From contig DAONEM010000008.1 of the NCBI GenBank assembly GCA_035403085.1, positions 3,956-67,955 on the forward strand: a stretch of 64,000 nucleotides of DNA, in the 5' to 3' direction. Made by a program: the position numbers and the translations under genes. The DNA is from Candidatus Aminicenantes bacterium (GTDB taxonomy: Bacteria; Acidobacteriota; Aminicenantia; JAMOAD01). Of the stretch, positions 61,626 through 64,000 are shown one piece after another. The notes below the pieces were generated by a model. The model worked only from the letters and a program-made list of their open reading frames with translations, had not been told where the DNA came from and searched no databases. How positions within the stretch are numbered: position 1 is the stretch's first letter; the number at the start of each line of letters is the position of its first letter.

Positions 61626-63482
61626 ATGGAATCGGTCAAAGAGTTACTCGTTCAATTAAACCCCAGACAAAGGGAGGCGGTCACCTATTTCGACGGCCCT
61701 CTCTTGATAAGCGCCGGCGCCGGTTCGGGGAAAACCAGGGTGATCACCTTCAAGATTGCCTATATGATCCGCGAGATGGGGCTTCAGCCGGAAGAGGTGC
61801 TGGCTCTCACGTTTACCAACAAAGCCGCCCACGAGATGAAGGAGAGGGTTCAGGCCTTGACGGGGGTGGAAGGGAGCAGGCTTTGGATCTCCACGTTTCA
61901 CTCCTTCGGCCTCAGGCTCCTGAAGACCCATCTTTCCAACGGGAAGTCTCTGAGCGTTTTGGACAGAGAAGATCAGAAGGCCCTTCTGAAAGAGATCGCC
62001 GCCTCGATGAAGCTGAAATTGGATTCTGACGAGCTGAAAAAGGTCGTCGCCGAGATTTCCGGAACCAAGAGGAAGGGGATTCTCATCCAAGTCCGGGCGA
62101 TGCTCATCAACTATATGGACTCCCGGTATATCGACCTCTACCTCCGTTACCAGAAGGAGTTGGAGAAACGGCAAGCCGTTGACTTTGAAGATCTCATCGC
62201 CAGGCCGACTCAGATGCTGAAGAAGGACGAGGAGCTCCGTAAGAGGGTGGCGGCTCAGTTCGGCTATGTCCTAGTGGACGAGTTTCAGGATACCTCGCCG
62301 GAACAGTATAAACTTCTGAGACAGATCACCCGGGAGAAAGACCTCTGCGTTGTCGGCGATGAGGATCAGAGCATCTACTCCTGGAGAGGGGCCGACCGGG
62401 AGATTTTCAAGCTCTTTCGGGATGACAACGAAGGGTGCAAGGTGATCGCCTTAGAGGAGAACTACCGTTCTTCGAAGATGATTATTCAAGGCGCCAGCGC
62501 CGTTATCAACGGGAACAGCGAGAGGATCGAGAAGAACCTCTTCACCAGAAACCCTGAAGGGGACCCGATTCTTCTCTACAAGGCGGCCGATAAGGAGAAG
62601 GAGGCGGAGTTTATCGCCTCGACCATCCGGAACAACACGGGGGCGCGGGACTTCTTTCCCGTTGGCGTCCTTTACAGGATCAACAGCCGTTCCAGGGCCC
62701 TGGAAGACGCCCTTAACGAAGCGGGTGTCAAATACAAGATCGTGGGAAGCCTCCGCTTTTACGAGAGGAAGGAGGTCAAAGATTTGGCCGCCTACCTCAA
62801 GCTGGCTTACTTTCCCGACGACGATCCCTCCTTCCTGAGGGCTATCTCTTTTCCCCCCCGGGGGATCGGGGAGAAAACCCTCGAGAAGGTGAAGGAGATG
62901 GCCCTCTCCTGGGGGATTCCCTACCTCGAAGCGGCCAGGAAGGCAGAGCGGGAGGGAGTGGTCAAGGCGGGTCTCTTTAGGGAGTTTCTCTCGATCTTGG
63001 ACGAAACAGCCCGGGACCTTGACAAGAAACCACTGGATCAGGTTCTCAAAAGGGTCGTGGAACGGACGGATTTTCGTCGTTTCTTAACCCGGAAGGAAGA
63101 GGATGTTCTCGAGGGACGTTGGGAAAACGTAGAGGAGCTCCTGGAGATTGCCTCCCGCTTTCCCGGAGAGGGGACCGAATTTCTCTCCCAGCTGACCCTG
63201 CGGGAAGGAACGGAGGAGCTCCGTGACGAAGCCTCGGTCGTCCTCATGACCATTCACGCCGCCAAGGGGCTTGAATTTAACACGGTAATCCTGGCCGGAG
63301 TCGAGGAAGGAAGTCTACCCCATATGTTTGCCAAGGAGAGCCTGGAGGGTCTGGAAGAGGAACGCAGACTCTTCTACGTGGCGATGACCAGGGCGAAGCG
63401 TCGGCTCTTCCTCACCTCTTGTCGGGAATGGTCCCGCTTTGTGGACGAAATTCCCCTTCCCTACCGTCGGTTTCTCAGGTGA
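61626..63482 (+). CDS. UvrD/PcrA/Rep-family ATP-dependent DNA helicase (compact, 618 aa)
   Basis: It has the SF1 motifs LNPRQREAV, GAGSGKT, VDEFQDTS, NYRS, TIHAAKGLEF and YVAMTRA. It is shorter than typical PcrA/UvrD. Confidence 0.9.
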   Translation: MESVKELLVQLNPRQREAVTYFDGPLLISAGAGSGKTRVITFKIAYMIREMGLQPEEVLALTFTNKAAHEMKERVQALTGVEGSRLWISTFHSFGLRLLKTHLSNGKSLSVLDREDQKALLKEIAASMKLKLDSDELKKVVAEISGTKRKGILIQVRAMLINYMDSRYIDLYLRYQKELEKRQAVDFEDLIARPTQMLKKDEELRKRVAAQFGYVLVDEFQDTSPEQYKLLRQITREKDLCVVGDEDQSIYSWRGADREIFKLFRDDNEGCKVIALEENYRSSKMIIQGASAVINGNSERIEKNLFTRNPEGDPILLYKAADKEKEAEFIASTIRNNTGARDFFPVGVLYRINSRSRALEDALNEAGVKYKIVGSLRFYERKEVKDLAAYLKLAYFPDDDPSFLRAISFPPRGIGEKTLEKVKEMALSWGIPYLEAARKAEREGVVKAGLFREFLSILDETARDLDKKPLDQVLKRVVERTDFRRFLTRKEEDVLEGRWENVEELLEIASRFPGEGTEFLSQLTLREGTEELRDEASVVLMTIHAAKGLEFNTVILAGVEEGSLPHMFAKESLEGLEEERRLFYVAMTRAKRRLFLTSCREWSRFVDEIPLPYRRFLR

Positions 63483-63486
63483 TGCG

Positions 63487-64000
63487 ATGACAAATTGGAA
63501 GATCGGTCTTACCGGGCCCTTGGCCTCAGGCAAGGGAGAAGTCGTCAGGCTCTTGGAGGAGAGGGGCTTCAAGTATATCTCCCTCTCCGATATGGTCCGT
63601 GAAGCAGTCAAAGAAGCGGGGCTGGTGGAGAGTAGAGAGACCCTTCAAAATACGGGGAACCGCCTCCGGAGAGAGGGAGGGGCGGGGGTCTTGGGCGCCC
63701 GGGTGAGGGCGAGGGTTCAGGAGGAGCCTGACCGTCCCTGGGTTATCGACGGAATCAGGAACCCTGCGGAGGTAGTGGAGCTCAGAGTGCTGAAAGGGTT
63801 TGTCCTTTTGGCGGTCACCGCTCCTAGAGAGCTCTTGGTCGAGAGGGTTTTGCGCCGCTCCAGATCTTCGGATCCAAAGTCTGAAGAGGAGATTGTCCGA
63901 CGTCTCGACAGGGATTGGGGAATAGGAGAACCTCCCGAAGGGCAGCAAGTGGGACCGACAGTCGCCGAGGCCGACCACACCATCGAGAACATCTCCTCTC
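63487..64000 (+). CDS. P-loop nucleotide kinase-like protein (dephospho-CoA kinase-like/UPF0200-like), 3' end outside the window
   Basis: Translation from ATG 63487 gives MTNWKIGLTGPLASGKGEVVRLLEERGFKYISLSDMVRE...VIDGIRNPAEV...RSSDPKSEEE, open to the window edge. It is not in the ORF track because no stop is reached. Confidence 0.7.
   Translation, partial: MTNWKIGLTGPLASGKGEVVRLLEERGFKYISLSDMVREAVKEAGLVESRETLQNTGNRLRREGGAGVLGARVRARVQEEPDRPWVIDGIRNPAEVVELRVLKGFVLLAVTAPRELLVERVLRRSRSSDPKSEEEIVRRLDRDWGIGEPPEGQQVGPTVAEADHTIENISS

Overview
This 64-kb window looks like core chromosome from a moderately GC-rich, diderm, flagellated bacterium; LpxC, a TolC/RND efflux set, a thioester alpha-2-macroglobulin and FlgD/FlgE are all present. 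I support about 54 protein genes and 4 tRNAs (Glu-UUC, Lys-UUU, Leu-UAG, Leu-CAA). I found no rRNA, CRISPR array, IS element or prophage. Genes are tightly packed, with many ATGA or 4-nt start/stop overlaps.

Main blocks:
- 1-11008 (+): tig-clpP-clpX-lon-engB-rho, an orphan sigma54 response regulator, rluB, and two unknown membrane proteins.
- 10971-17096 (-): DUF192, pcm, tRNA-Glu/Lys, a lipoprotein, gatA, gatC, kbl, tdh.
- 17208-24629 (+): a PilZ-domain gene, gltX, thiD, a LonC-like protease, then flgD-flgE behind a sigma54-type promoter.
- 24663-33132: an aspartate aminotransferase, a 1816-aa alpha-2-macroglobulin, and a DUF853 ATPase.
- 33229-37036 (-): an envelope operon of MOP flippase, NT-like::CDP-alcohol phosphotransferase fusion, and radical SAM enzyme, divergent from lpxC.
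- 37967-42874 (-): mtgA, a membrane-domain::IDI-like Nudix fusion, a putative outer-membrane protein, tRNA-Leu, a transketolase C-terminal subunit, and an M23 peptidase.
- 43032-51947: patB, methylmalonyl-CoA decarboxylase-type subunits, a formimidoyltransferase, mce, a RluA-family synthase, a HAD hydrolase, an AraC/GyrI regulator, and a TauE-family exporter.
- 52059-64000 (+): TetR-TolC-MFP-RND, feoAB, an unknown 299-aa protein, a UvrD/PcrA helicase, and a partial P-loop kinase.

The intergenic regions hold many near-consensus sigma70 promoters (TTGACA-17/18-TATAAT type). Several of these end only 5-6 nt before an ATG that has no Shine-Dalgarno sequence, which suggests leaderless mRNAs.

Best candidates for undescribed biology:
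1. The three-gene flippase / degenerate NT-like::CDP-alcohol phosphotransferase / radical SAM operon, back-to-back with lpxC.
2. The polytopic membrane domain fused to a Cys-less IDI-like Nudix domain and translationally coupled to mtgA.
3. A bipartite repeat with conserved 43-nt spacing, carrying an SD-TTG mini-ORF, found upstream of both feoAB and the HAD-AraC pair.
4. The pair of unknown membrane proteins that ends the housekeeping gene string.

All functional calls come from motif and family recognition by eye. No database search was run.
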